Assembly: GCA_021802125.1 (NCBI GenBank)
Contig: JAKAAX010000007.1
Span: 8,983-72,982, forward strand
Source of the DNA: Thermoplasmata archaeon
GTDB taxonomy: Archaea; Thermoplasmatota; Thermoplasmata; Lutacidiplasmatales; UBA184
Reading direction: 5' to 3'
Length of the DNA stretch: 64,000 nucleotides
Shown: one piece after another, positions 17,177 to 26,884 of the stretch
Numbering within the stretch: position 1 is the stretch's first letter
Layout: every line of letters starts with the position of its first letter
The notes under the pieces: generated by a model
Databases searched by the model: none
What the model saw: the letters and a program-made list of their open reading frames with translations, nothing else
What the model was told of the DNA's origin: nothing
Made by a program: the position numbers and the translations under genes

Positions 17177-19417
17177 ATGCCAGGGACCGTGCCGGTAAGG
17201 ATGAGCACCGCCCTCCCGGCGGACATCCGGGAGGAGGTCCGGCTCGTCCTCCCTCGCGTGGAGGGGGGAAGAGGGTTCATCGCCACCCTGCTCGGCGCCG
17301 CCGAATCGGGGAAGAGCCGTCTCGTCGCGGACCTCGCGCGCGACGCGAAGGAACGGGGATGGACCACGCTCCTGGCCACCGCGAACCCGCGTTCGAGCGA
17401 GCTTCCGCGCGGCCTCGTCCTGGACGCGCTGGGCGCGATCCTGCCGGGGGTCGCCTCCGCGAAGGGGCCCTCGACCCCGCACGCCCCTGCGCCCCCCGGG
17501 CTCGGGCTCCCCCTCGCGCTCGCGGCGTTCCTCCCCAACGTCCAGAGCGAAGAGGAGCCGAAGGAGGCCGGCGCGGGCCGGACCTACGCCGCCCCCTGGG
17601 AGCTTCCTTCTTCGCTCTCCCCGAACGAGGCGGACTCCCTGCTCCTCCGTAGGGTCTGGGGAGCCGCGGAGCGGGCTCCCGTCCTGCTGCTGCTGGACGA
17701 CGCCCAGTGGATGGACGAGCTCTCCGTGCGTTTCCTCTCGACGCTCTGCCTGACCCTCCGGGACCACCGGGTGCTGCTGCTCCTCTCGATCGACCCCGAG
17801 GCCGCTCCGCCGCTCGTCCGACGGTTCGCCGTGCAGCAGGAGGGGGGCTTCTCCGATGCGGTCTACCGCGTGGCGGTCGCCTCCGCCCACAAGCCGCGCG
17901 GCCTCCCGCCGCCGGCACCTCCCGCGCCCGAGACCGTCGAGCCGAGCCCGCTCGAGTCACTGCTCTCCCTGGGAGCCGTGATGGGCATCGAGTTCGACGT
18001 CCGGACCCTGGCCGCCACGACCGGTCGGACGGTGGCCGAGGTGCAGGAGCACCTGGACGACGCGGCCCGGCGCGGGTGGCTCTGGAAGAGCGGGGAGGAG
18101 AGCTACCACTTCTCGGGAGAGCGGACCTGGAGGTGGGCGGCCGGGCTCCCCTACGACCCGCTGCCGGCCCGCCACGAACGGATCGCGCGGGCGCTGGAGA
18201 CCCTCCACCCGAACCCGGGTGGCCGGGTGCTCTTCGAACTGGCCCACCACTGGCTCGAGGCGGGCAAGGCCGAACGCGCCTTCCCTTACCTGGTCCGCTC
18301 GGCCGAGGCCGCGTACGGGACGGGGGCCTTCGAGACCGCGCGGGACCGGCTCCAGAGGGCCATGGGAACCCTCGCGTCCCTGCCGCCCGCGGAGCGTGGG
18401 CACGAGGAGGTCCGCGTGCTCGTGGACCTGGCGGAGGTCCGGGACGCCATGGGGGAGGGGACGCAGGCGGCCGCACGTCTCCGCGAGGCCCTCTCGCGGG
18501 CCGAGGCGCTCCACCTGTCCGCGAAGGAGGTGGTGAGGATCGAGGTCCTCCTGGGGGACCTCCAGCGGCGCTGGGGGCGGGGCGACCTGGCCTTCGACAT
18601 CCTGGAGCGGGCCCGGGCCAGGGCCGCGAGCGCGCACGACCCGTCCACCGAGGCCACCGTGCTCTCCCGCATCGCCATGGTCCAGCGACGCCAGGGGCAC
18701 TGGGCCGAGTCACGGGCGAGCGTCGAACGCTCGCTGAAGCTCTTGGCGGAGGGAGGAGGAGGGCCGGAGGAGCGTGCGCTCGTCCACTACGCCGCCGCAG
18801 ACACCTACATCTGGGGAGGAAAGGAGGACGATGCCGCGGCGCGCGAGCACATCCGAGCGACCCGGAAGGCGCTCCAGGAGCTGGGCCAGCTCAGCCGGGA
18901 GGTCCCCCTCACCAACCTCGAGGGGCTGCACGCCTCGCAGCTGGGGGACACCGAGGGGGCGCTCCGACTGTGGCAGGAGGCCGCCGACACCGCGGTCCGT
19001 CTCGGGAACGTGACCGAGGCGGCCAACATGCACGGGAACCTGGCCGAGGTCTACGCGGAACACCAGCGGTTCGAGCAGGCCCGAAGCTCCCTCGCGTTCG
19101 CGGAAGAACTGCTCCAGGGCGCGGACGAACCCCGGGTCCAGGGCCAGATCCATCTGGCGGCGGCGACGCTCGCCTGGAGAACGGGGGACCTGCCGCTAGC
19201 CGAGAAGGAGATCGACCGGGGAATGAAGCTGCTCTCCTCCGACGCCGGGGTCGACCTTCGGCAGCAGGTGGAGTTCCTCCGTGCCCGCATCCGCCTCTCT
19301 CAGGGCCGTAGGGCGGAGGCCCGCCAGCTGGTCCGAGGTCTCGACCCCGTGAGGTACCCTTCTCTCCTTCCCCCCACCCAAAAGGTGGAGTGGGAAACGA
19401 TGCATCGCGACCTCTGA
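17177..19417 (+). CDS. STAND-type (AAA_16/MalT-like) NTPase with TPR-like repeats
   Basis: Walker A GAAESGKS, Walker B LLLLDDAQWMD, AVMGIEFD, LAHHWLEAG and helical TPR-like repeats. Confidence 0.82.
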   Translation: MPGTVPVRMSTALPADIREEVRLVLPRVEGGRGFIATLLGAAESGKSRLVADLARDAKERGWTTLLATANPRSSELPRGLVLDALGAILPGVASAKGPSTPHAPAPPGLGLPLALAAFLPNVQSEEEPKEAGAGRTYAAPWELPSSLSPNEADSLLLRRVWGAAERAPVLLLLDDAQWMDELSVRFLSTLCLTLRDHRVLLLLSIDPEAAPPLVRRFAVQQEGGFSDAVYRVAVASAHKPRGLPPPAPPAPETVEPSPLESLLSLGAVMGIEFDVRTLAATTGRTVAEVQEHLDDAARRGWLWKSGEESYHFSGERTWRWAAGLPYDPLPARHERIARALETLHPNPGGRVLFELAHHWLEAGKAERAFPYLVRSAEAAYGTGAFETARDRLQRAMGTLASLPPAERGHEEVRVLVDLAEVRDAMGEGTQAAARLREALSRAEALHLSAKEVVRIEVLLGDLQRRWGRGDLAFDILERARARAASAHDPSTEATVLSRIAMVQRRQGHWAESRASVERSLKLLAEGGGGPEERALVHYAAADTYIWGGKEDDAAAREHIRATRKALQELGQLSREVPLTNLEGLHASQLGDTEGALRLWQEAADTAVRLGNVTEAANMHGNLAEVYAEHQRFEQARSSLAFAEELLQGADEPRVQGQIHLAAATLAWRTGDLPLAEKEIDRGMKLLSSDAGVDLRQQVEFLRARIRLSQGRRAEARQLVRGLDPVRYPSLLPPTQKVEWETMHRDL

Positions 19418-19487
19418 CCGGGCCGAGCGTCGGGATCCTCCGACCCGGACCCTCCCTGTTGATAGCCTCCCGGGCCTCTCATCACCG

Positions 19488-20087
19488 ATGGCGAAGCTTG
19501 ACCCTCGCGTGCTCGAAGCGCTCCACCTGGCGGTGGAGGCGCACGGCGCGCAGCTGCGCAAGGACGGAAGGACCCCGTACGTGGTCCATCCTTTCGGCGT
19601 GATGCGGAAGCTCTCCACCCACCTCGGCGTTACCGACCACGAGCTGCTGGAAGCGGCGCTCCTTCACGACGTCCTGGAGGACACCGACGTGCCCCCTGAG
19701 AAGATCCGACGGGAGTTCGGCGAGCGAGTCCTCACGCACGTGCTCGAGCTCACGCTCCCCCCCGACGCTCACGGGCCCTCGGTGTCCACGGAGACGAAGA
19801 CCCGCCACCTGGTGGAAGGCTTGCGACACATCAGCTGGGAGAGCGTACTGATCAAGCTCTGCGACCGCTGGGACAACCTGACGGACGCCCGGGCCGCGCG
19901 TTGGTCCGGCGAGAAGCTCGAGGGCTTCCTCCAACAGACCGAGGAGATGCTCACGGCCGTGAAGGAGCGGCGGGCGCGCGAGCCGGAGCCCGCGTCCCTA
20001 TCCCAACCCCTCGAGCGCGGCCTCGAAGGCCTCCGAAGGGCTCTCGCCGAGGTCCGGGCCCTTACAGGGACCGCGAGCCCGGGGTAG
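19488..20087 (+). CDS. HD-domain small alarmone hydrolase (Mesh1/SpoT-HD-like)
   Basis: AHGAQLRKDGRTPYVVHP, AALLHDVLEDT, IKLCDRWDN. Confidence 0.88.
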   Translation: MAKLDPRVLEALHLAVEAHGAQLRKDGRTPYVVHPFGVMRKLSTHLGVTDHELLEAALLHDVLEDTDVPPEKIRREFGERVLTHVLELTLPPDAHGPSVSTETKTRHLVEGLRHISWESVLIKLCDRWDNLTDARAARWSGEKLEGFLQQTEEMLTAVKERRAREPEPASLSQPLERGLEGLRRALAEVRALTGTASPG

Positions 20088-20093
20088 CGGAGC

Positions 20094-21575
20094 TCAGCCG
20101 CTCGTCCGCCCACGGCCGGCAAGGGCCTCTCGGGTCGAGGCCAGCCCCGGCCCCTCGGAGCTTCGTCCTCCCTGCCCGCCGCGGACCGCGTTCGTCGCGG
20201 CGGCCAGCAGGGTCGCGCCGAGCCCCACCGCGAAGATGAGGTGCAGGGCCGACATGAAGGCCGGGACGTCGAGGGGGGCAGAAGCGTTCCCTCCGGAGAA
20301 GATCGCGACGAGCGTGTCGTGCGGCACGACCCCGGCGAGGATCGTGAAGCCCATCGCGAGGCTCCCCAGGTTCCCGGCCTGGAGAAGCGTCATCCCCATG
20401 CCGCTCGCGACGCCCCGTCGTAAGGCCGGCACGCTCGACATCACCTCCGCCCGGTTCGGAGCGGCGAACATCCCCTGGCCGATGCCCAGGAGGACCATGG
20501 CGCTCGCCACCTGCAGGTACGGGTCGCCCGCTCGGAACTCGAGCAGGAGGAGGAAGCCCAGGGAGCTCACCAGGAGCCCCGCGGTCCCCAGGAAGCGAGC
20601 CCCGGTCTTGTCCGAGATCGTGCCGCTGATCGGACCCACGATGACGAAGGCGAGAGAGAGCGGCAGGAGCAGGATGCCTGCCGTGAGGGGAGAATCGCCC
20701 AGGACCCCCTGGAAGTAGAACACCATGATGAACGAGAAGGCGCCCCTCGCCAGTGCGGAGAAGAACGAGGCCATGTTCCCGAAGGTGAACGTGCGGATCC
20801 GGAAGAGGGCGGTCTGGAACATCGGGCTCTGCACGACCCGTTCGATCCTGGAGAAGAGGAGCAGCCCCGCGATCCCCACCACCAGCAGCAGCACGATCGT
20901 GGGGGAGGTCCACCCGGCGAGACCCCCCAGCGTCACCCCGACGAGGAGAGAGGTGATCCCGATCGCGAAGGTGAGGTTCCCCTTCCAGTCGATGGGCTGG
21001 TGCCGCTCCTCGAGCCGGTCGCGGGGGAGCTGGAAGTAGGCCCAGACCGTGCCGAACGTCCCGATCGGCAGGTTCACCCAGAAGATCGCCCGCCAGCCCA
21101 TCGCCGTGGTCAGGATGCCGCCCAGGACCAGCCCGAGCATCCCCCCGGAGATCGCGGCCACCTGGTTGATCCCCAGGGCCCGCCCGCGCTCCTGCGGAGG
21201 GAACGCGTCGGTCAGGATCGCCGCGGAGTTCGACGAGAGGAACCCGGCGCCCACCCCCTGGACGAGGCGGGCGGAGAGCAGGAACGCCCCGTCCGGCGAC
21301 AGGCTCGCGAGGCCGCTTCCGAGGGTGAAGATCGCGAAGCCCAACGTGTAGAGACGGACGCGCCCGTACATGTCCGAGAGCCGGCCCAGGGAGAGGAGCA
21401 GGGTCGTGGTGACCAGGCTGTAGGTCAGCACCACCCAGAGCAGGACCTCGGGGGACGTGCCGGGGAGCTCGCGCCCGATCGTGGGAAGTGAGATCAGCAC
21501 GATCGAGGAGTCCAGGAGGGCCATGAACGTGCCCACCGTGGTGTTGCTGAGGGCGATCCACTTGCGAGCCACCAT
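20094..21575 (-). CDS. MFS transporter, DHA2 (EmrB/QacA) family
   Basis: FMALLDSSIV, GRLSDMYGR, WRAIFWVNLPIG; about 14 transmembrane segments. Confidence 0.9.
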   Translation of the reverse strand: MVARKWIALSNTTVGTFMALLDSSIVLISLPTIGRELPGTSPEVLLWVVLTYSLVTTTLLLSLGRLSDMYGRVRLYTLGFAIFTLGSGLASLSPDGAFLLSARLVQGVGAGFLSSNSAAILTDAFPPQERGRALGINQVAAISGGMLGLVLGGILTTAMGWRAIFWVNLPIGTFGTVWAYFQLPRDRLEERHQPIDWKGNLTFAIGITSLLVGVTLGGLAGWTSPTIVLLLVVGIAGLLLFSRIERVVQSPMFQTALFRIRTFTFGNMASFFSALARGAFSFIMVFYFQGVLGDSPLTAGILLLPLSLAFVIVGPISGTISDKTGARFLGTAGLLVSSLGFLLLLEFRAGDPYLQVASAMVLLGIGQGMFAAPNRAEVMSSVPALRRGVASGMGMTLLQAGNLGSLAMGFTILAGVVPHDTLVAIFSGGNASAPLDVPAFMSALHLIFAVGLGATLLAAATNAVRGGQGGRSSEGPGLASTREALAGRGRTSG

Positions 21576-21679
21576 GCTTCTGAAAGCCGCGGGAGGGGCC
21601 GGGGCGGCGAGCGGCCACGAACTTCGGGGCTAAGAGGGCCCTGGGCCGGCGGGGAGCGGCGTGCCGCTCCTTCGCCCGT

Positions 21680-22102
21680 CTACGACTCGTCCGACGCGGT
21701 CACCGGGACCCGGGCCGAGGGGGTCCCTTCGGCGGACTCGCGGTCGCGGTCCATGGCCTGGCGGAGCGCCTTTCGCATCAGGCTGATCGTGTTGTTGTAG
21801 TGCGGGACCACGCGCCCTTGGACGCCGCCGCCACGCCAGTTCTGGAGCGCGGCACGGAGCTGGTTGTGCATCGCCGGCTCCGCCCTCTCGGCGGGGCAGT
21901 ACGCGTTGGAGGGGTCGGAGCCTTCCATCGGTTCCGAGCAGACCGCGCAGAGGGAGAGGACGCGGATCGGCTCCCCGACCTCCGTCACCGGGGCGACCGG
22001 CTTCGACCCGTACTGGGCCGCGTACATGTTGCGGAACTTCCGCAACCTCTCGGCCTGCGAGTCGTGGGACTCGGCGGGCTCCTTCTTCTTCCAGAAGGGC
22101 AT
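21680..22102 (-). CDS. Hypothetical protein with CxxC...C...H putative metal site
   Basis: 140-aa ORF MPFWKKK...CAVC...YCP...MHN; TTAAT about 20 nt upstream. Confidence 0.7.
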   Translation of the reverse strand: MPFWKKKEPAESHDSQAERLRKFRNMYAAQYGSKPVAPVTEVGEPIRVLSLCAVCSEPMEGSDPSNAYCPAERAEPAMHNQLRAALQNWRGGGVQGRVVPHYNNTISLMRKALRQAMDRDRESAEGTPSARVPVTASDES

Positions 22103-22183
22103 GTCGAGTTCCCCCGCCCATTAAGGGTCGTCAGGTCGTATATCAATGGTTCCGCGCGGCGGGGATCTCTGGGAGCGGCCTCT

Positions 22184-23680
22184 TCAGACGCTCCGTTCCA
22201 GCTGGCGTGTCCAGACCTCCCGCGACCGCGCCCGTTCCCGCGCATCCATTCGTGGCCGGAAGAGGCGGGCGCGTCGTGCGTCGGCCTTCGGCAGTTCCGC
22301 CAGGGAACCGAAGAGCCCCACGGAGAGACCGGCCGCGAGCGCGGCCCCGCGAGAGGTCGCCTCCAGCACGGGGGACCGGGCCAGCGGGACGCTGGAGAGG
22401 TCGGCGACCAGCTGCAACAGCAGGTCGGAGCGACCCAGGCCCCCGTCGACCCAGAGCACCCGGGGAGCACCACCGCGGGCCCCGCGATAGGCCTCCAGGA
22501 TGTCCGCGACCCGGTGGGCGACCCCCTCGAGCGCGGCCCGGGCGAGGTCTGCTCGGGTCGTGGCTCGCGTGAGCCCGGTCAGCGCCCCGCGTGCCGAGGG
22601 ACGCCAGTGCGGGGCAAAGAGACCCGCCAGGGCTGGAAGGAAGGTGAGCCCGTGCTCGGGTCGGGCGGTCCGCGCGGACATCTCCAGCGCCTTCACGCTG
22701 GGGAAGAGCCCCAGTCCCGGCGTCCCGAGCCAGTCGAGGAAGGAGCCCGCGGCCCCGACGCCGCCCTCGAGCCCGAGCTTCCGGTCCCCGCGACCGTCCT
22801 CGTAGAGGACCGTCCGGATGAGCCCCTGGGCGCGGCCGGTGCCCGGGGGGGCCCCCTCCGCCAGGAAGAACGCGCCCGTGCCGAAGGTGAGCTTCGCGCT
22901 CCGGGGAGCCGCGCCCGAGATGCCCAGGAGGCTCGCCTGCTGGTCTCCGAGGTCCGCGGCGAGGGGCAGGTCCTCCGCGAGGCCCAGCCCTGGGGCGACC
23001 GCACCGTAGACGGTCCCGAAGGACGGTCGCACCTGCGGGAGCGCCGACGCGTCCACCTGGAAGTGATCGAGCAGGGAGGGCGACCATGCCCGTAGGTCGA
23101 GGTCGTAGAGGAGCGTCCGTGAGGCGTTCGTGGCATCCGTGACCCAGGGCGCGGACCGGCGGGATCCGTCCATCAGGCGGTAGAGGATCCAGGTGTCCAC
23201 GGTCCCCAGGAGCAGCCGCTCGCGCGAGGCCGCCCGTCGGACCGCCGGAAGATGGCGCAGGAGCCAGAGCATCTTCGGCGCACTGGGGTACGTCGTGAGC
23301 GGGAGCCCTCCCTGGTCCCAGACGCGTTCGGCCCAGCCACCTTCACCCAGCGCGCGTGCGAGCTCCTCCGTGCGGGTGTCCTGCCAGACGACGACGGGCG
23401 AGAGAGCTCGGCCCGTCCTCGCATCGACGGCGACCAGGCTCTCCCGCTGGTTCGTGACCCCGAGGGCCCGGACCCCCGGTCGGCGCCGGAGCGTGTCGCG
23501 CAGCGTCTGGACCGAGAGGCGGAACAGTTCCTCCGGGTCCTGTTCGACCCATCCCGGCCTCGGGGTCCGCGTCCGCTGCGTCCGCGAGGAGACCGCGACC
23601 GAGCGACCTTGCTTGTCGAAGACGACGCTGCGCACCGAGGAGGTGCCGACGTCGAGGCCCGCGATGAGGTCCCTCGTCAT
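22184..23680 (-). CDS. glpK: Glycerol kinase (FGGY family)
   Basis: GLDVGTSS, GWVEQDP, TNQRE, WQDTRT, TDATNASRT, GDQQASL, KLTFGTGAF. Confidence 0.85.
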   Translation of the reverse strand: MTRDLIAGLDVGTSSVRSVVFDKQGRSVAVSSRTQRTRTPRPGWVEQDPEELFRLSVQTLRDTLRRRPGVRALGVTNQRESLVAVDARTGRALSPVVVWQDTRTEELARALGEGGWAERVWDQGGLPLTTYPSAPKMLWLLRHLPAVRRAASRERLLLGTVDTWILYRLMDGSRRSAPWVTDATNASRTLLYDLDLRAWSPSLLDHFQVDASALPQVRPSFGTVYGAVAPGLGLAEDLPLAADLGDQQASLLGISGAAPRSAKLTFGTGAFFLAEGAPPGTGRAQGLIRTVLYEDGRGDRKLGLEGGVGAAGSFLDWLGTPGLGLFPSVKALEMSARTARPEHGLTFLPALAGLFAPHWRPSARGALTGLTRATTRADLARAALEGVAHRVADILEAYRGARGGAPRVLWVDGGLGRSDLLLQLVADLSSVPLARSPVLEATSRGAALAAGLSVGLFGSLAELPKADARRARLFRPRMDARERARSREVWTRQLERSV

Positions 23681-23756
23681 GCCTCCCTCCTCCCTCGGAC
23701 CTACGGCGTCGCGGGGAGAGCGGGGTCGGGTCCCAACCGAACGAATCCTCCGTCCA

Positions 23757-24482
23757 TCAGCCCTCCGAGATCGGGGGACCGAGCTTGAGGTACAGTCGCT
23801 TGTTCTTCGCGCCCTTGTTCTCCAGGCTCAGGAGCGAGACCGTCCCCACCTCCTTCGAGGAGCGGACATGGGTGCCCCCGTCGGCCTGGACGTCGAAGCC
23901 CTGGATGTCGATGAGCCGAACCTCCTGCACGTCCGGCAGGAGCTCGCGCGCCACCCGGACGAGCGAGGGGTCCTTCATCGCCTCCTCTCGAGGAAGGAAG
24001 CGGACCGCGATGGGAAGGTCCCTCTCGACCACACGGTTCATCTCGGCGACCACACCGTCCGCGACCTCCCGGTTGAGCTCGGGCAGGGAGAGGTCCATCC
24101 GCGCGCGGTCGGGGTAGATCTGGCCCCCGGTGATCCCGCTGCCGAACCGGTGGAAGACCACGCCGCTCAGGATGTGCAGGCAGGTGTGGTAGCGCATGTG
24201 GGCGTAACGGAGGGGCCAGTCGATGCTCCCGTGCACGAGCGCGCCCTCGGAAAGAGGGGTTCCCTCGACCACGTGGACGATCGCGCCCTCGCGCTTCTCG
24301 ACCCGGTTGACCCGGAGCGTGCTCCCGTCCGGGCCCCGCAGCGTCCCCACGTCCGAGGGCTGGCCCCCTCCGGCGGGATAGAAGACCGTGGAGTCGAGCT
24401 CCACCTCCCCGGGGCGTGAGACGGTGACCTTCGAGTCCGCTTCCCGGGCGTAGGCGTCACGCAGGTACAGCCCCCGGGTCAT
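23757..24482 (-). CDS. alaXM: Alanyl-tRNA editing protein AlaX (AlaX-M type)
   Basis: FYPAGGGQPSD, MRYHTCLHIL, ADGGTHV. Confidence 0.9.
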   Translation of the reverse strand: MTRGLYLRDAYAREADSKVTVSRPGEVELDSTVFYPAGGGQPSDVGTLRGPDGSTLRVNRVEKREGAIVHVVEGTPLSEGALVHGSIDWPLRYAHMRYHTCLHILSGVVFHRFGSGITGGQIYPDRARMDLSLPELNREVADGVVAEMNRVVERDLPIAVRFLPREEAMKDPSLVRVARELLPDVQEVRLIDIQGFDVQADGGTHVRSSKEVGTVSLLSLENKGAKNKRLYLKLGPPISEG

Positions 24483-24577
24483 CGGCGCCCCCCAGGTCCC
24501 TTGCCGTGCATAGAGCTAGGGGGGAGGTCATGTTCGCGATTGGAAAGCCTTCTACAGGGCGTCCTCCTCGCCCCCTC

Positions 24578-25288
24578 ATGGCCGAGATCCTCCCAGGGGT
24601 CCACTTGGTGGAAGGCGTCAGCCCGAGCCCGGATTTCACGACGAACATCCTCCTCCTGAAGGACAAGAAGGGGGGCAGCTGGACCCTCCTCGACACGGGA
24701 CTGCCCCCGGGGAAGGCCCCCACCGACGTGGCGGCGCAGATCGAGAGGTACGGGCAGCAGCACGGCATCCCGCTCTCCTCCGTCAAGAACATCGTCATCA
24801 CCCATCTCCACGCGGACCACACCGGGAACCTGAAGGCCCTCCAGGCCAAGACCGGGGCCAAGGTGTTCGCGCACTGGATCGAGGCGGCCTACATCGAGGG
24901 GGACCCTCCCTACAAGGGCCCCGGGATGCCTCCGCCGGACCGGGTGCAGATCACCGAGAAGGTCCGCGACCACACCGAGCTCGACCTGTTCGATGGGCTC
25001 GTCGCGCTCTACACCCCGGGCCACACGCCCGGCCACACCACGTACTACTGCCCCTCCCGGAAGATCCTCTTCGCGGGCGACTCGGTGTTCAACATGGGCG
25101 GAACGTTCGAGGTGAGCGCGAAGGACTACACCTTCTCGCAGTCGATGGCCGTCATCTCCCTGCGCAGGCTCGCCACGCTCGACGTCGAGAGCGTGATCAT
25201 GTACCACGGCGCCCCGGTGCTGAAGGGGGGCGCGGCCCACCTGAAGGCGGCCGCGAAGAAGGGGTACGGGTCCACCCCCGAGAACTAG
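24578..25288 (+). CDS. MBL-fold metallo-hydrolase
   Basis: LLDTG, THLHADHTG, TPGHTPGH, FAGD, YHG. Confidence 0.9.
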   Translation: MAEILPGVHLVEGVSPSPDFTTNILLLKDKKGGSWTLLDTGLPPGKAPTDVAAQIERYGQQHGIPLSSVKNIVITHLHADHTGNLKALQAKTGAKVFAHWIEAAYIEGDPPYKGPGMPPPDRVQITEKVRDHTELDLFDGLVALYTPGHTPGHTTYYCPSRKILFAGDSVFNMGGTFEVSAKDYTFSQSMAVISLRRLATLDVESVIMYHGAPVLKGGAAHLKAAAKKGYGSTPEN

Positions 25289-25309
25289 ACCCGGGCCCTC
25301 CCTCGGGGC

Positions 25310-26884
25310 TCAGGAGAACAGGTCCGGCACCCGCGCGTCGATCTCGACGTTGAGGAGCGTGGGCCCGCTCGCGTCGCGGAGCTCCTCGAGCGCGCCCTCG
25401 AGCTCCCCGGCCCCGCCCACGCTGCGGCCCTTCACCCCGAGAGCGGCCGCGAGCCCCACCACGTCCAGCGCGGGGATCTGCATCGACTCGGCGTCGACGA
25501 GGGGAGGGTGGTAGGCCTTCGAGTAGCTGCGGAGGATCGCGTAACCGTGGTTGTTCAGCACGAGGACCTTCACGGGGATGTTGTAGCGCTTGAGCGTCCA
25601 GAGCGCCTGGGGAGCGTACATGAGCGCTCCGTCCCCGATGACGACGAGGGTCTTCTCGCGGCGTAGTCCGATGCCCAGGGAGGCGGCGAGCCCCCACCCG
25701 AGCTGTCCGCTGCGGTAGCCGAAGTAGCTGTCCTTCCCGTGGTAGAACCCGGTGGCCTTGAGGATCGGGGTGTTGGAGATGGCCTCGTCGACCACGGTGT
25801 AACCCTGGAAGACCTTCCGGACGAGGTCGAGGACGAACTCGCCCCCCATCGTCGTCCGGGCCCGCGCGATCCGGTTCGCCCGGGAGAAGTCCCTCGGGTG
25901 TCGGTACTCGCGGCCCCGGTCCCGCACCCCCTCCGCGAGCCTCTTCAGGAGCTCTCGAGGGTCCCCGACCGCCGCCTGGGGCGACAGCTTCTCGGCGACC
26001 CCGGGGTCGGACCCGACGTAGAGCACGTTCTTACCGGCGAGGATCGCCGCGGGGAAGTACGGGTAGACGATGAGGTCCGCACCGACCAGGAGGACGGTGT
26101 CGTAGGGCGTGAGCATCTGGTTGATCATGACGCTCGCCGGGAGCAGGTCACCGGCGTAGCTCGCGAGACCCGAGGGCACCGGGGACCGGGACGTGAGGGG
26201 CTCGACGAAGACGGGGGCGCCCAGCTTTCGCGAGAGCGCGGCGAGCTCATCGAAGGCCTCGAACGCGTCGACCTCGTACCCGGCGACGATGGCCGGACGC
26301 GCGGCCTTGTCGAGGGCACCCGCGACCGCCTTGACCGCGCTCTCCGGCGTCGGGGGCGCGCGGCCGGGGTCCGGAGCGGGGACGGGCGCGCCGTCCCACG
26401 GCTCCTCCATGAGGTTCATCGGAAGGCTCAGCAGGACCGGTCCCCACGGCGGGGTCGACGCGATCGTCCAGGCCCGGCGGAGGGCCCCCTCGACGTCCCC
26501 GACCTTCGAGATCTCGGTGGCCCATTTGACACGGCCCTGCACCCAGTCGGGGAACGGACCGTAGAGGAGAGGCTTCTGGTCGTAGTGCCGCTGGTCCTGC
26601 TGCCCGACGGTGACGATGACCGGGGAGCGGTTCCGGTAGGCGCTGTCGAGGTACCCCATGGCGTTGCCCAGGCCCGGGGCCGCGTGCAGGTTCACGACGC
26701 TCGGGCGGCGGTCGACCTGGGCGAGGCCGTCCGCGGCCCCCATCGCGATGCCGTCCTGGAGGGTGAGGAGGTAGCGCTGCGGGATGTCCTCGAGGAAGGG
26801 AAGTTCTGTCGTGCCCGGGTTCCCGAACATCTCCTTCGCGCCCCACGCGTAGAGCGCGTCGGCGATGGCCCGGGCGACCTTCAC
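25310..26884 (-). CDS. ThDP-dependent decarboxylase, benzoylformate decarboxylase-like
   Basis: FGNPGTTELPF, VNLHAAPGLGN, GDGALMY...NNHGY. The GTG start overlaps the upstream stop (GTGA). Confidence 0.87.
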   Translation of the reverse strand: MKVARAIADALYAWGAKEMFGNPGTTELPFLEDIPQRYLLTLQDGIAMGAADGLAQVDRRPSVVNLHAAPGLGNAMGYLDSAYRNRSPVIVTVGQQDQRHYDQKPLLYGPFPDWVQGRVKWATEISKVGDVEGALRRAWTIASTPPWGPVLLSLPMNLMEEPWDGAPVPAPDPGRAPPTPESAVKAVAGALDKAARPAIVAGYEVDAFEAFDELAALSRKLGAPVFVEPLTSRSPVPSGLASYAGDLLPASVMINQMLTPYDTVLLVGADLIVYPYFPAAILAGKNVLYVGSDPGVAEKLSPQAAVGDPRELLKRLAEGVRDRGREYRHPRDFSRANRIARARTTMGGEFVLDLVRKVFQGYTVVDEAISNTPILKATGFYHGKDSYFGYRSGQLGWGLAASLGIGLRREKTLVVIGDGALMYAPQALWTLKRYNIPVKVLVLNNHGYAILRSYSKAYHPPLVDAESMQIPALDVVGLAAALGVKGRSVGGAGELEGALEELRDASGPTLLNVEIDARVPDLFS

